Assembly: GCA_965279525.1 (NCBI GenBank)
Contig: CBDIIB010000005.1
Location: 1,536,001-1,600,000 of the forward strand
DNA length: 64,000 nt
Direction of reading: 5' to 3'
DNA from: Tagaea sp.
GTDB lineage: Bacteria; Pseudomonadota; Alphaproteobacteria; CACIAM-22H2
Part shown: piece after piece, positions 13,909 through 23,207 of the stretch
Numbering within the stretch: position 1 is the first letter of the stretch
Layout: each line of letters starts with the position of its first letter
Notes under the pieces: model-generated
The model's database searches: none
Seen by the model: the letters and a program-made list of their open reading frames with translations, nothing else
Told to the model about the DNA's origin: nothing
Program-made: the position numbers and the translations under genes

Positions 13909-15789
13909 TTAGCCCGCCGCGAAACCCGACGCGAGTGCCGAGGCCATGCGCTTGGCGAAGTCGGCGGGGTCTTCGAGCTTCTCGCCTTCCACGATGCGCG
14001 CCTGGTCGTAGAGCAGCTTGGCCACATCACCCACGCGCGCCTGCACGGCCGAATTGTCGCCGCCGGTCTTCACGGTCTCGACGAGGGCCCGGATGAGCGC
14101 GTGCGACGGGTTCACCTCGAGGATGCGCCTGGCCCCCGATTTGAGCTGCTTGTGCTGGCGCAGCATGCGTTCGAGATGGATGTCCATGTCGTTGTCGTCG
14201 GCGACGAGGCACACGGCACTTTCGGCCAGCCGCTCGCTCGCGCGCACGTCTTTCACCGTCTCGCCCAGTGTCAGTCGGAACAGGGCGAGCAATGGGGCGA
14301 CGTCGGGTGCGGCGTCCGCCTTGGCTTCGTCGGGCTTGGCATCCTCGGCGAACTTGCCCAGATCGGCCGATCCGCGCGTCACCGACTTGAACTTCTTGCC
14401 CTCGAACTCGTCGGTCTGCGCCACCCAGAACTCGTCGACGGGGTCGGACAGCAGCAGCACCTCGATCCCGCGCTTGGCGAAACCTTCGAGATGCGGGCTC
14501 GCGGCCACCGCCTTCGGGTCGTCGCCGGCGATGTAGTAGATCGTGTCCTGTTCCGGCTTCAGGCGCGCGACATAGTCCGCAAGGCTGACCCACGCCTTGC
14601 CCTGCGTGCTCGTGCGGAAGCGCGCGAGACCCAGCACGCGCTTGCCGTGCTCGGCATCCTCGAAGATGCCTTCCTTCATCGCCTCGCCGAAATGGTCCCA
14701 GAACGTCGCGTAGCCTTCGGCATCGTCCTTGGCGCGCTTCTCCAGTTCGCCCAGCACGCGGCCCGTGATGCCGTGGCGGATCTTCGTGATGACCGGATTG
14801 TTCTGCAGCATCTCGCGGCTGACATTGAGCGGCAGGTCCTCGGAATCCACGACGCCGCGCAGGAAGCGCAGATAGCGCGGCACCAGCCCTTCCGGTGCTT
14901 CGTTGACGAACACGCGGCGCACATAGAGCTTCACGCCGTGCCGGCGCTCGGGCGAGAAAAGATCGAACGGGCGCGATCCCGGCACGTAGAGCAGCGCCGA
15001 ATACTCGATGGTGCCTTCCGCCCGCCAGTGCAGGTTCGCCCATGGCTCGTCGAAGGCGTGCGCGATGTGGCGGTAGAACTCGGTGTGCTGCTCGGCCGTG
15101 ACCTCGCCCTTCGGGCGCATCCACAGCGCCGACGCACGGTTGAGCGTCTTGTCGCCGAGCCGGATCGGGATCGCGATATGGTCGGAATAGCGCCGGACGA
15201 TCTCGCCGAGTTTGTCCTCGTCGAGGAACTCGGCGGCGTCGTCCTTCATGTGCAGCAGGATCGTCGTGCCGCGCGCGGTCTGCTCGGCCGGAGACACCGC
15301 ATAGCTGCCCTTGCCGTCGGATTCCCAGCGCCACGCGGTGTCGGTGCCGGCCTTGCGGCTCTCGACGACAACCTTGTCAGCGACCATGAAGGCCGAATAG
15401 AAGCCCACGCCGAACTGGCCGATCAGCGGGTTGTCCTTGCGCTTGCTCTCGTCCATCGCCTTGACGAAGGCGGCGGTGCCCGAGCGCGCGATGGTGCCCA
15501 GATTGGCGACGAGTTCGTCCTTGTCCATGCCGATGCCGTTGTCGGCGATGGCGAGGGTGCGCGCTTCCTTGTCCACGGCAAGCTCGATGCGCAACTCGGA
15601 ATCATCGCCGATCAGGCCCGCATCCTGCTGGCCCAGGAAGCGCAGCTTGTCGCACGCGTCCGACGCGTTGGAGACGAGCTCGCGCAGGAACACCTGCCGC
15701 TCGCTGTAGAGCGAATGGGCGACGATCTCGAGCAGGCGGCTGACTTCCGCCTGGAAGGCGTGGGTTTCGGCTTTCGTCGTGTCTGTCAT
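13909..15789 (-). CDS. htpG: Chaperone HtpG (Hsp90)
   Basis: FQAEV, FLRELVSNASDA, DNGIGM, LGTIARSGT, IGQFGVGFYS and DSEDLPLNVSRE motifs. Confidence 0.98.
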   Translation of the reverse strand: MTDTTKAETHAFQAEVSRLLEIVAHSLYSERQVFLRELVSNASDACDKLRFLGQQDAGLIGDDSELRIELAVDKEARTLAIADNGIGMDKDELVANLGTIARSGTAAFVKAMDESKRKDNPLIGQFGVGFYSAFMVADKVVVESRKAGTDTAWRWESDGKGSYAVSPAEQTARGTTILLHMKDDAAEFLDEDKLGEIVRRYSDHIAIPIRLGDKTLNRASALWMRPKGEVTAEQHTEFYRHIAHAFDEPWANLHWRAEGTIEYSALLYVPGSRPFDLFSPERRHGVKLYVRRVFVNEAPEGLVPRYLRFLRGVVDSEDLPLNVSREMLQNNPVITKIRHGITGRVLGELEKRAKDDAEGYATFWDHFGEAMKEGIFEDAEHGKRVLGLARFRTSTQGKAWVSLADYVARLKPEQDTIYYIAGDDPKAVAASPHLEGFAKRGIEVLLLSDPVDEFWVAQTDEFEGKKFKSVTRGSADLGKFAEDAKPDEAKADAAPDVAPLLALFRLTLGETVKDVRASERLAESAVCLVADDNDMDIHLERMLRQHKQLKSGARRILEVNPSHALIRALVETVKTGGDNSAVQARVGDVAKLLYDQARIVEGEKLEDPADFAKRMASALASGFAAG

Positions 15790-15815
15790 GGTCGGCTCCG
15801 GACTATCTCGGCGCT

Positions 15816-15844
15816 ATCTAGGCGGTCGCCCGGGCCGGCGCAAG
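15816..15844 (-). promoter_or_regulatory. Putative RpoH (sigma32) promoter of htpG
   Basis: Minus strand CTTG-N18-CCTAGAT, close to the alphaproteobacterial RpoH consensus CTTG-N17/18-CYTATNT. Confidence 0.6.
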
Positions 15845-15851
15845 GCCGCCG

Positions 15852-16652
15852 CTACCAGGGGAAATTGAAGGGCTCGCCGAATTCGCCGATCGCGGCCGTG
15901 TGCGTGACGAGGCCCGCTTCAGGCGTCCAGTAGTGGAGCTGGAAGCCCGGCGGATCCATCTTCATCGCCGCCGGCCCGTCGGCGCGCAGGTCGAGATTGA
16001 TCTGGTGTGCGGTCGAGGGTGCGACCGACGCGATCGTGCCGGCAAAGCGCGTCTGGATCGCGCGGTGGATGTGACCGCACACGATGCGCTCGACATTCGG
16101 ATACTTGCGAACGACCGCCGCCATCGCGGGCACGTTGTTCAAGCCCGAGCGGTCCATGTGGCCGATCCCGGTCTTGAAGGGCGGGTGGTGCAGGAAGATC
16201 ATCGTCGGCCTGTCGCCACCGGCGGCCAGCGTGCGGTCGAGCCAGTCGGCGCGCGCGGCACACACCTCGCCGTGATGGTGCTTTGCGACCGTCGTGTCGT
16301 AGCCGATCAGGCGGACGGGGAAATCGTCGACCGCGTAGTGGAAGAATTCGGATGCACCGACGCGCTTTCCGCTTTCGGGGAACGCCGCCGCGAGCGTGTC
16401 GCGTGCGTCGTGGTTGCCGGGTACGACCAGCAGCGGCGCCTTCAGGGGGGCAAGGATCTCTTTCAGGATGCCGTATTCCTCGGCCGAGCCGCGCTCGACG
16501 AGGTCGCCGGTGGCGAGCACGACGTCGGGCTGCGGGTCGAGCGCGTTGAGCGCTTCGACCGCGCGTCTGAGCATCGAAACGGTGTCGACGCGGCCATAGG
16601 CGGGCTTGCCGCCCTTCTGGATGTGCAGGTCGGAGATCTGGGCGATGAGCAT
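15852..16652 (-). CDS. Calcineurin-like phosphodiesterase (CpdA/GpdQ family)
   Basis: ISDLH, TGDL, PGNHD, HHPP and GHIH motifs. The true start is ATG 16652, not the start of the 1176-aa ORF. Confidence 0.92.
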   Translation of the reverse strand: MLIAQISDLHIQKGGKPAYGRVDTVSMLRRAVEALNALDPQPDVVLATGDLVERGSAEEYGILKEILAPLKAPLLVVPGNHDARDTLAAAFPESGKRVGASEFFHYAVDDFPVRLIGYDTTVAKHHHGEVCAARADWLDRTLAAGGDRPTMIFLHHPPFKTGIGHMDRSGLNNVPAMAAVVRKYPNVERIVCGHIHRAIQTRFAGTIASVAPSTAHQINLDLRADGPAAMKMDPPGFQLHYWTPEAGLVTHTAAIGEFGEPFNFPW

Positions 16653-16694
16653 GGCTTGAAATCTGCCGGAAGAGGCCCGAGAGTCAAGCGCGTC

Positions 16695-19142
16695 ATGGGC
16701 GATTCGAAGATCACCGCGGTTCTCGGGCCCACCAACACCGGCAAGACGTTCCTTGCGGTCGAACGCATGCTCGGCCACCGCACCGGGATGATCGGCTTTC
16801 CGCTGCGCCTGCTGGCGCGCGAGAACTACGAGCGCATTGCAGCCGCCAAAGGGGCGGGGCAGGTGGCGCTGGTCACGGGCGAGGAGCGCATCGTGCCGCC
16901 GCATGCGCGCTGGTTCGTGTGCACGGTCGAGGCGATGCCGATGGACCGCGAAGTGTCGTTCCTCGCCATCGACGAGATCCAGATGGTCGCCGACCGCGAG
17001 CGCGGCCATGTCTTTACCGACCGGCTCCTGCACGCGCGCGGGCGCAACGAGACGATGTTCATGGGGGCGGAGACCGCGCGCCCGCTGATCCGACGCCTGG
17101 TGCCCGACGCCGAATTCGTCGTGCGCCCGCGGCTTTCCACGCTGACCTACACGGGGCCCCGCAAGATCACGCGCCTGCCGCGCCGCTCGGCCGTCGTCGC
17201 GTTCTCGGCCGCCGAGGTCTACGAGATCGCCGAGCTTGTCCGCCGCCAGCGCGGCGGGGCGGCCCTGGTGTTCGGAGCGCTGAGCCCCCGCACGCGCAAC
17301 GCGCAGGTCGCGATGTACCAGTCGGGCGACGTCGACTACCTGATCGCGACCGACGCGATCGGCATGGGCCTCAACATGGATATCGACCATGTCGCCTTCG
17401 CCGCCACCGCCAAGTTCGACGGGCGCGGCATGCGCCGGCTCGCCCCGCAGGAACTGGGCCAGATCGCGGGCCGTGCCGGGCGCAACATGGCCAACGGCAC
17501 GTTCGGCACGACCGCCGAGATCGGCGCACTCGACAACGACGTCATCACCGCGATCGAGGAGCACCGCTTCCCGCCGCTGACGCACGCCTACTGGCGCAAT
17601 TCCGATCTCGATTTCCGGTCGCTCGACGGGCTGTTGGCGAGCCTCGACACGCGCGCACCGTCGGGCGAGCTGGTGCGCGTGCGCGATGCCGACGACCATC
17701 TCGCCCTCCAGCAGATGGCCCGCGACGGCGAGCTGCGCGAGCTTGCGCGCGGGCGCGTGGCCTTGCTGTGGGAAGTCGCGCGCATCCCCGATTTCCGCAA
17801 GCAGATGTCGGATACGCACGCGCGCCTGCTCGCGACCGTGTTCCGGCATCTGGCGGGGCCCGCCGGCCGCCTGCCCGACGAGTGGGTGGCCAAATCCATC
17901 GCAAGGCTCGACGATACCGAGGGCGACATCGACCGGCTGCTGCAGAAGATCGCGGCGATCCGCACGTGGACTTATGTTTCGCACCGCGCGGACTGGCTGG
18001 CCGACGCCGAGGCGCACCAGGCCAAGGCGCGCGGCGTGGAAGACCGGCTTTCCGACGCGCTGCACGAGCGCCTGACGCAGCGCTTCGTCGACCGGCGCAA
18101 CGCGGTCATCGTGCGCAAGCTTGCCGACGGCGAGGACCTGCTCGCCTCGGTCGCCGCCGACGGGGAGGTGCGCGTCGAAGGCGTGCATGCCGGCCGGCTC
18201 GACGGGTTCGAGTTCCGCGCCGATCCCACGCTCGACATGGGTGCACCTGCGGTCCGGGCCGCGGCAAACCGCGCGCTGCGCCGCGACATCGGCCTGCGCA
18301 CCGCGAAGCTGGCGGCCGATCCGGACGACGCGTTCGCCCTGCAGCCCGACGCGCGCATCGCCTGGCACGGCCAGCCGCTGGCACGCCTCGTCGCGGGGCC
18401 CAATGCGCTCGCCCCGGAGATCACGCTGGGGCGCAGCGACCTGCTGGAGCCCGCACACCGCCAGGCCGTGATGCGCCGTCTGGCCGACTGGCTCGACGCG
18501 TTGCTGAAGCGCCAGCTCGCCCCGCTGTTCCGCCTGAGGGAAGCCGACCTGCCGCCCGCCGCGCGCGGCCTTGCCTTCGAGATCGTCGCGGCACTGGGTG
18601 CGATTCCGGCGGCGTCGGCGACGATCGCGCTCGACACGCTCGATGCCAAGGCGCTGGGCGAGCTTGGCCGGGCGGGCGTGCGCGTGGGCACCTATGGCGC
18701 GTTCGTGCCGGCACTCAAGGATCACGCGTCGGTCAGGCTGCGCGCGTTGCTGTGGGCGGTCCATCGCGGCGTCGAGCCGGCGGTCCCGCCCACGGGGCGC
18801 ATCAGCGTGCCGCGGGGCACGCTTGCGGCGGACCTGATGGCCGCCTGCCTCTATCTGCCGGCGGGGCCGCTTTATGTGCGCGCCGACCGGCTGGAGAAGC
18901 TGGGCACCACGCTGGGTTCCGCCGCGAAGGCCGGCGCCTTCGTGCTCGATCCCGCGTGGGCGCGGCTGGTCGATTGCGAGGCAGCACTGCTGCCCGCGGT
19001 CGTCGTGGCGCTCGGCTACCGGATGCTGCGCGAGGCAGGCGATCCGCCGCGCTTCGTGCCCAAGAAGATGCGCGTGGCGCGCGGGCTGCCGGCCGACGCG
19101 GACTCGCCCTTTGCCGCCCTCGCACCCCTGGTCAAGCCTTGA
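16695..19142 (+). CDS. SUV3-like helicase (MgpS family)
   Basis: [38 protein letters not shown] and C-terminal DSPFAAL; syntenic with S4-fdxA-carD. Confidence 0.93.
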   Translation: MGDSKITAVLGPTNTGKTFLAVERMLGHRTGMIGFPLRLLARENYERIAAAKGAGQVALVTGEERIVPPHARWFVCTVEAMPMDREVSFLAIDEIQMVADRERGHVFTDRLLHARGRNETMFMGAETARPLIRRLVPDAEFVVRPRLSTLTYTGPRKITRLPRRSAVVAFSAAEVYEIAELVRRQRGGAALVFGALSPRTRNAQVAMYQSGDVDYLIATDAIGMGLNMDIDHVAFAATAKFDGRGMRRLAPQELGQIAGRAGRNMANGTFGTTAEIGALDNDVITAIEEHRFPPLTHAYWRNSDLDFRSLDGLLASLDTRAPSGELVRVRDADDHLALQQMARDGELRELARGRVALLWEVARIPDFRKQMSDTHARLLATVFRHLAGPAGRLPDEWVAKSIARLDDTEGDIDRLLQKIAAIRTWTYVSHRADWLADAEAHQAKARGVEDRLSDALHERLTQRFVDRRNAVIVRKLADGEDLLASVAADGEVRVEGVHAGRLDGFEFRADPTLDMGAPAVRAAANRALRRDIGLRTAKLAADPDDAFALQPDARIAWHGQPLARLVAGPNALAPEITLGRSDLLEPAHRQAVMRRLADWLDALLKRQLAPLFRLREADLPPAARGLAFEIVAALGAIPAASATIALDTLDAKALGELGRAGVRVGTYGAFVPALKDHASVRLRALLWAVHRGVEPAVPPTGRISVPRGTLAADLMAACLYLPAGPLYVRADRLEKLGTTLGSAAKAGAFVLDPAWARLVDCEAALLPAVVVALGYRMLREAGDPPRFVPKKMRVARGLPADADSPFAALAPLVKP

Positions 19143-19417
19143 GCGAGGGGGCCGTCGCGCGCCTGCGCGCCGACAAGTGGCTCTGGGCCGCACGCTTCTT
19201 CCGCACGCGGGCGTTGGCGCAAGACGCCCTCGAAGCGGGCAAGGTCCGCAGTCGCGGGCGCGTGCTCGACAAGGGCGACACGCTGAAGGCCGGCGACGTG
19301 CTGACCTTCGTGGCCGGCGAGCGCCTGCGCACCGTCGAGGTGCTGGGGCTGGCCGGGAAGCGCGGCGACGCGGCTGCGGCAAAACGTCTCTACCGCGATC
19401 TCCACGATCCGGTTTGA
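19139..19417 (+). CDS. RNA-binding S4 domain protein (Hsp15/HslR-like)
   Basis: [23 protein letters not shown] and [11 protein letters not shown]; TTG start overlaps the helicase stop. Confidence 0.88.
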   Translation: MSEGAVARLRADKWLWAARFFRTRALAQDALEAGKVRSRGRVLDKGDTLKAGDVLTFVAGERLRTVEVLGLAGKRGDAAAAKRLYRDLHDPV

Positions 19418-19518
19418 GCCTGCCCGGTTTGTCCCTGCGTCCCGTGGGGTTGCCCGCGTTGCGGGCGTATGCTACCCGACGGACTGTTCACCGTTCCCGC
19501 TGCCGAAGAGTGCGCGCA

Positions 19519-19860
19519 ATGACCTACGTCGTCACCGAATCCTGCATCAAGTGCAAGTACACCGACTGCGTCGAGGTCTGCCCGGTCGACTGTTTCTACG
19601 AGGGCGAGAACATGCTCGTCATCAAGGCCGAGGAATGCATCGACTGCGGCGTCTGCGAGCCCGAGTGCCCGGCCGAGGCGATCGTGCCGGATACCGACCC
19701 CAAGGCGAGCAAGTGGGCGGAAATGAACAACGAGTACGCCGAAAAGTGGCCGAATCTGACCCGCAAGAAGGACGCCCCCGCCGACGCTGACGACTGGAAG
19801 GGTGTCGACGGCAAGTTCGACAAGCATTTTTCTCCCAACGGTGGGACCGGAAACCCGTAA
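19519..19860 (+). CDS. fdxA: Ferredoxin (7Fe-type dicluster)
   Basis: [26 protein letters not shown] and [12 protein letters not shown]. Confidence 0.96.
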   Translation: MTYVVTESCIKCKYTDCVEVCPVDCFYEGENMLVIKAEECIDCGVCEPECPAEAIVPDTDPKASKWAEMNNEYAEKWPNLTRKKDAPADADDWKGVDGKFDKHFSPNGGTGNP

Positions 19861-20155
19861 AAGGACGCGGAGCCGTGCGAAAAACGCGCGGGTAACGCGT
19901 GCTTTTTGACCATTTTTGTGATAGCTTCTTTTTTGACGGGCTGTGGCAATTGCGCCGCATGCCGCTGAGCCCCGGAAGGGGACGCGTCGGGCCTCGTGCC
20001 CGCTTCATACCAGACCGTTTCTCCAGCTATTTCATATAGTTGGAGCAAACGGCCGCAGTGCCGGCGGGTTTTTCCAGCCCTCCGGAACGGGACTTTTTTC
20101 TGCCCGATGGACCGGGGTTTGGGTCTGGACGGGTCTTTGAAGGAGCAGGGCTTCC

Positions 20156-20680
20156 ATGACGCTACGCAAGACGACGGTGCGCGAGACGGACGATCTGGGC
20201 TTCGCGGTGGGTGACCACGTCGTGTACCCCACGCATGGCGTGGGCAAGATCACCGGCCTCGAGACGCAGGAGATCGCCGGCACCAAGCTGCGCCTGTTCG
20301 TCATCCAGTTCGACAAGGACCGCATGACCCTGCGCGTGCCGACGATGAAGGCCAAGACGTCGGGCCTGCGCCGCCTGTGCACCAAGAAGGAAATGCAGAA
20401 CGCCCTCGCCACGCTGAAGGCGCGCGCGCGCATCCGCCGCACGATGTGGAGCCGCCGCGCCCAGGAATACGAGGCGAAGATCAATTCGGGCGACCCCAAG
20501 GCGATCGCCGAAGTGGTGCGCGACCTGCACCGCAACGCCGGCCAGCCCGACCAGTCGTTCTCCGAGCGCCAGATGTACCAGGCCGCCCTCGACCGCCTCG
20601 TGCGCGAGTTCGCGGCCGTCGAGAAGATCTCGGAAGAGACCGCGACCCAGCGCCTCGAGGCGATGCTCAAGGCCGCCTGA
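20156..20680 (+). CDS. carD: CarD/CdnL family transcription factor
   Basis: GDHVVYPTHGVG, MWSRRAQEYEAKINSGD and SERQMY motifs. Confidence 0.95.
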   Translation: MTLRKTTVRETDDLGFAVGDHVVYPTHGVGKITGLETQEIAGTKLRLFVIQFDKDRMTLRVPTMKAKTSGLRRLCTKKEMQNALATLKARARIRRTMWSRRAQEYEAKINSGDPKAIAEVVRDLHRNAGQPDQSFSERQMYQAALDRLVREFAAVEKISEETATQRLEAMLKAA

Positions 20681-20705
20681 TCCGTTCTTCACGGGTTCGA
20701 TACGC

Positions 20706-20742
20706 GAAACCCCGCCGGGCAACCGGCGGGGTTTTTCGTTTT
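20706..20742 (+). terminator. Rho-independent terminator after carD
   Basis: CCCCGCCGG-GCAA-CCGGCGGGG followed by TTTTTCGTTTT. Confidence 0.9.
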
Positions 20743-20789
20743 GGAGCACTCGGCCGCGATGGCAGGATGATCGCGGAGGGTGGTTGCGC

Positions 20790-21374
20790 ATGCTGACGCT
20801 CTTTCTCGCACCTGGATCGAGCTCGATGGCGCCGCACATCGCGCTGCGGGAAATCGGCGTGCCTTTCGAACTTCGTGCGCTCTCCTTTGCGCGCCGCGAA
20901 CATCGCGACCCCGCCTATCTTGCGATAAACCCGGAAGGCAAGGTGCCGACGCTGCTCGTCGACGGACGGCCGCTGACCGAGGTTGCCGGAATCCTCTTCT
21001 ATCTCGCGCGGCGGTTCGCACATGCGGGCCTGCTGCCGGAGAACGACGCCGAAGCCGAGGCCGGCATCGTCTCGTGGATGTCGTTCCTCGCCGCGACGGT
21101 GCATCCGGCACGCCGTCTCGGCGCCGAGCATGCCCGCACGGTCTATGGCCTCGTCGAGCGGCGGCTGGCGGGCCGCGAATGGGTGATCGGCGGGCGCATG
21201 TCGATCGCCGACATCCACCTGTTCCGGCTGTACTGGCGGTACCGCAACTCGGCCGGCCCGGCACCCGGCGAATTTCCCGGGCTGACGGCCCACCACGACC
21301 GCATGCTCGCCCGTCCCGCCGTGCGCACGACGTGCGAGATCGAAGCGGCAATCGGCTACGAACTGCCGGCCTGA
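20790..21374 (+). CDS. Glutathione S-transferase
   Basis: PGSSSMAPHIAL, INPEGKVPTL, LTEV, SIADI and RPAV motifs. Confidence 0.9.
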   Translation: MLTLFLAPGSSSMAPHIALREIGVPFELRALSFARREHRDPAYLAINPEGKVPTLLVDGRPLTEVAGILFYLARRFAHAGLLPENDAEAEAGIVSWMSFLAATVHPARRLGAEHARTVYGLVERRLAGREWVIGGRMSIADIHLFRLYWRYRNSAGPAPGEFPGLTAHHDRMLARPAVRTTCEIEAAIGYELPA

Positions 21375-21424
21375 TCGGTTTCCGCTTGGGCCGACGCGGA
21401 GCCGCAAGATAACTTCCGGTCCAG

Positions 21425-22252
21425 ATGTCGACCGCTCCAGCTTCCCTTCCCGCCAGAGGCGAGCGCTTTGCCGTGCTGCGCCGCTGCCGGCGCGTGTGGG
21501 CCATCGCCGCGATCCACGGCAATGCCGAAGCGCTTGGCCGCCTGCATGCGGCGATCGGCGAGCGGCTCGAGACCGGCGACCGGATCGTGTACATGGGCAA
21601 CTGGTTGGGGCGCGGCGGCGACATCGCCGCCTGCGTGGACGAGATGGTGCGCTTCCGGCGCGAGGTGATCGCGGCCCCCGGCTTCTTCGCGTCCGACGTG
21701 GTGTTCCTGCGCGGCATGCAGGAGGAGATGTGGCAGAAATGCCTGCAGCTCCATTTCGCCGTCAATCCGGGCGAAGTCCTGCGCTGGATGCTCGACCAGG
21801 GCCTTGCCGCCACGCTCGCCGCCTATGGGGCGGATCCCAAGATGGGCCTGTCGGTCAGTCGCGAGGGGGCAAGCGCCCTGTCGCGCTGGACCACGTCGTT
21901 GCGCAAGGCGCTCGATGCGAAGCCCGGCCACCGCGAGGTCACGCTCGCCATGCGCCGGGCCGCCTATGACGACCGCGGCCGGATGCTGTTCGTCAGCGCC
22001 GGTCTCGATCTCGACCGGCCGCTCGCCACGCAGGGCGACGCGCTGTGGTGGGGCGGGCGCGGCTTCGACAAGCTCGACCGGCCGTTCGAATCCTATGCGC
22101 GGGTGATCCGCGGCTATTCGCCGGTCCATCCGGGTGCTTCGGGCGGGGATTTCACGCTGACGCTCGACGGCGGCAGCGGTTTCGGCGGCCCGCTTCTGGC
22201 CGCAAGTCTCGGACCGGACGGGGAAATCCAGGAGATCCTCGAAAGCGGGTGA
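21425..22252 (+). CDS. Metallophosphoesterase (PPP/ApaH)-fold protein with degenerate metal-binding motifs
   Basis: The motif layout WAIAAIHG ... IVYMGNWLGRG ... FLRGMQEEM ... FVSAG ... LDGG follows the PPP phosphatase template. Confidence 0.7.
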   Translation: MSTAPASLPARGERFAVLRRCRRVWAIAAIHGNAEALGRLHAAIGERLETGDRIVYMGNWLGRGGDIAACVDEMVRFRREVIAAPGFFASDVVFLRGMQEEMWQKCLQLHFAVNPGEVLRWMLDQGLAATLAAYGADPKMGLSVSREGASALSRWTTSLRKALDAKPGHREVTLAMRRAAYDDRGRMLFVSAGLDLDRPLATQGDALWWGGRGFDKLDRPFESYARVIRGYSPVHPGASGGDFTLTLDGGSGFGGPLLAASLGPDGEIQEILESG

Positions 22253-22318
22253 TCCGGTCGGCGGGCGGCGGCGTATTTCCCGGTAGAGCCAGCTTGGCCT
22301 TTCCGAACGGATCTCCCG

Positions 22319-23203
22319 ATGGCCCATCTCGACGACAGCGAGACCCAGCGCGCCAACACGATCTACATCCGCCGCGCGATGAAAGCGCCGATGCTGGAGC
22401 GCGAGCGCGAGCTGGCCCTTGCCCGCGCATGGCGCGAGACCGGCGACCAGACGGCGCTGGGCGAGCTGGTCGGGGCCTACGGGCGGATGGTCGTGTCGGT
22501 GGCGCTGCGCTTCCGCCATTACGGCCTGCCGGTCGGCGACCTGATCCAGGAAGGCAATATCGGCCTGATGCAGGCCGCCCAGCGCTTCGAGCCGTCGCGC
22601 GACGTGCGCTTTTCCACCTACGCGCAATGGTGGATCCGCGCGGCGATCCAGGATTTCGTGCTGCGGAATTGGTCGATCGTGCGCACGGGCACGACCGCCG
22701 CGCACAAGTCGCTGTTCTTCAACCTGCGCCGGCTGCGGGCGCGTCTCGACGATCCGTCGTCCGACCACATGACCGATGCCCAGCGCGGCCGCATCGCGCG
22801 GACCTTGCGCGTCAATCTTTCGGACGTGGTCGAGATGGAGGGCCGCATGTCGGCCTCCGACCGTTCGCTCGACGCGCCCATCGGCGCCGACGGCGATTCC
22901 GACTGGGTGTCCACATTGGTCGACAGCCGTCCGACGCCCGAGGACGCGACGATGTGGTCACGCGACGGCTCGGCGCGCACGCGGCTGGTGCGCGAAGCGT
23001 TGGGCGATCTCAGCCCGCGCGAACGCGCGGTGATCGAGGCGCGGCGCCTGGCGGAAGAAGGCGTGACGCTCGAAGCGCTCGGCTCGAAGCTCGGGATCTC
23101 GAAGGAGCGCGTGCGCCAGATCGAGCATCGCGCATTGGGCAAGCTCAAGGCCGCCCTCGTGCGCCGCGTCGCGGATCCGACGGACCTGTTCGCGGGCGCC
23201 TAG
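22319..23203 (+). CDS. rpoH: RNA polymerase sigma-32 family factor (RpoH/RpoH2-like)
   Basis: DLIQEGNIGLMQA, RFSTYAQWWIRA, RpoH-box-like WSIVRTGTTAAHKSLFFNLR and SKERVRQIE. Confidence 0.9.
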   Translation: MAHLDDSETQRANTIYIRRAMKAPMLERERELALARAWRETGDQTALGELVGAYGRMVVSVALRFRHYGLPVGDLIQEGNIGLMQAAQRFEPSRDVRFSTYAQWWIRAAIQDFVLRNWSIVRTGTTAAHKSLFFNLRRLRARLDDPSSDHMTDAQRGRIARTLRVNLSDVVEMEGRMSASDRSLDAPIGADGDSDWVSTLVDSRPTPEDATMWSRDGSARTRLVREALGDLSPRERAVIEARRLAEEGVTLEALGSKLGISKERVRQIEHRALGKLKAALVRRVADPTDLFAGA

Positions 23204-23207
23204 AAGG

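Noticed and set aside
15852-19382. 1176-aa ORF that looks like a giant phosphodiesterase fusion
   Set aside because: Only the last 266 aa (from ATG 16652) are a real domain; the rest is antisense to the helicase.
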